From positions 1,364,001 through 1,428,000 of the forward strand of contig NC_043000.1 in the NCBI RefSeq assembly GCF_006345805.1: 64,000 nucleotides of DNA, read 5' to 3'. Under the pieces are notes generated by a model, which worked only from the letters and a program-made list of their open reading frames with translations, was not told the DNA's origin and did not search any database. This document shows positions 62,341 to 64,000 of this stretch, piece by piece (positions within the stretch are counted from its first letter, which is position 1; each line of letters begins with the position of its first letter). Position numbers and translations under genes: made by a program. Origin of the DNA: Octopus sinensis (taxonomy: Eukaryota).

Positions 62341-64000
62341 GTAAATTTTCTATAACTTTTGTTTTTGTTTTTCATTTTTGCTGTTGAAACAAACAGGCAC
62401 AGGGCATAGCAGTGTGTTTAAGAAGCTGGTTTGGGGTTCAGTCCCACTCTAAGACACCTTAGATAAATGTCTTCTACTATAGCCTTAGGCTGACCAGTAC
62501 CTTGTGGAAGAATATGGTAGATAGGAGTTGTGTGGAAGGCCATCATACACACACACACACACACATACACACTCATAAACTACATGTGATCTATAGTCCA
62601 GCACCCTTACCTCATTTTCTTTGTTGTTTTTTGTTAACCTTTCTTTTATTTAACCGTGGAGGCACAATGGCCCAGTGGTTAGGGCAGCGGACTCGCAGTC
62701 ATAGGATCATGGTTTCGATTCCCAGACCGGCCTTTTGAGTGTTTATTGAGCGAAAACACCTAAAAGCTCCACGAGGCTCTGGCAGGGGATGGTGGTGATC
62801 CCTGCTGTACTCTTTCACCACAACTTTCTCTCACTCTTACTTCCTGTTTCTGTTGTACCTGTATTTCAAGGGGCCAGCCTTGTCACTCTCTGTGTCACGC
62901 TGAATATCCCCGAGAACTACGTTAAGGGTGCACGTGTCTGTGGAGTGCTCAGCCACTTACGTTAATTTCACGAGCAGGCTGTTCCATTGATCGGATCAAC
63001 CGGAACCCTCGTCGTCGTAACCGACGGAGTGCTTCCATCCATCCATTTATTTAACTGTTCTGTTAACTAATCATAGCAATCCCTAATCCACCCACACATC
63101 AAAATAACAAAATCCACACAATTTCTACAATGTACCATGTTCTAAATCTCATTTTGTTGCCATGATATAACCAGCTATAAATAACAAGACTTACCACAAT
63201 AGTCCTCAACTGGAACACATGTTATTATTACAATGTATCCTATACTAAGCCTCACACAGTTACCAAAATATTTTTTATTTATTTATTTATGCGCCCTTTT
63301 GAAGCCTAGCCAGGGTCATGGGCCCAGTTTCCCGGTTTCTATGGCGTATGTGTTCTCCCCAGCTGGACGGGACGCCAGTCCATCGCAGCGTTACTCAAGA
63401 AACAGGAAGAAAAAGTGAGAGAAAGTTGGGGCAAAAGAGTACAACAGGAGTCGCCACCACCCCGTCGGAGCCTCGTGGGTCTTTAGGTATTTTTGCTCAA
63501 TAAACACTCACAACGCCTGGTCTGGGAATTGAAACCGCGATCTTCTGACTGCGAGTCCACTACCCTAACCACTGAGCAATTGCGCCTCCACTACCAAAAT
63601 ATACCCTATACTAAAACCCATGAAGGTACCATGATATACCTGAACCAAAACCCCACAAACTACCACAATATACCTTGTCCTAGACTCTCCATATATACAC
63701 AGTTACCAAAATAATCCTTGCACTAAACCCTACTCTCATTAAACCCCAGACAGTCACCACAATATACTATGTACTAAACTCCAACAGTTATCACAATATA
63801 CCCTGTACTAAGCCCCTACACAGCTAACACAATCTTTTGAACTAGGAACACTCTAACCAGCCACAACAAAAGGCTCCATCCCTCCTCTTTACACTAACAT
63901 CTCTCTGCTGTCTTAATCATGCAGGTACCTGCTGTACACCTTGTTGGCAATGTAGTGTGGATCCCCAGTGACTTCCTGTTAAACAATATCCCAGACACTG

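Overview
AT-rich eukaryotic genomic DNA. The SINE set, microsatellite load and intron sizes point to a cephalopod, probably an octopus; this is inferred from repeat style, not proven. The only host gene I can support is the 5' part of WASHC4 (SWIP/KIAA1033). Ten coding exons (20788-62340, + strand) have GT/AG boundaries and phases that join into one open frame, and the gene continues past the window. The rest is mobile DNA: a near-full-length but damaged Tx1/L1-clade LINE (11056-16393, -); CR1, RTE, R4/Dong and HERO-like LINE fragments; a decayed hAT transposase; Helitron, piggyBac-, Merlin-, pogo- and Charlie-like non-autonomous elements; and at least four tRNA-derived SINE families. Two patterns stand out. 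(1) At least six distinct short non-coding elements carry type I hammerhead ribozyme motifs with palindromic stem III. Each sits in a tandem and/or inverted duplication of the Penelope/retrozyme type. One has a tRNA-derived Pol III head, and several form long palindromes inside WASHC4 introns. (2) The Tx1 LINE shares its 3' tail with a SINE, and both insert at the same GTATT site inside that SINE, building a tandem array. All ribozyme and family assignments were made by eye and need computational or experimental confirmation.
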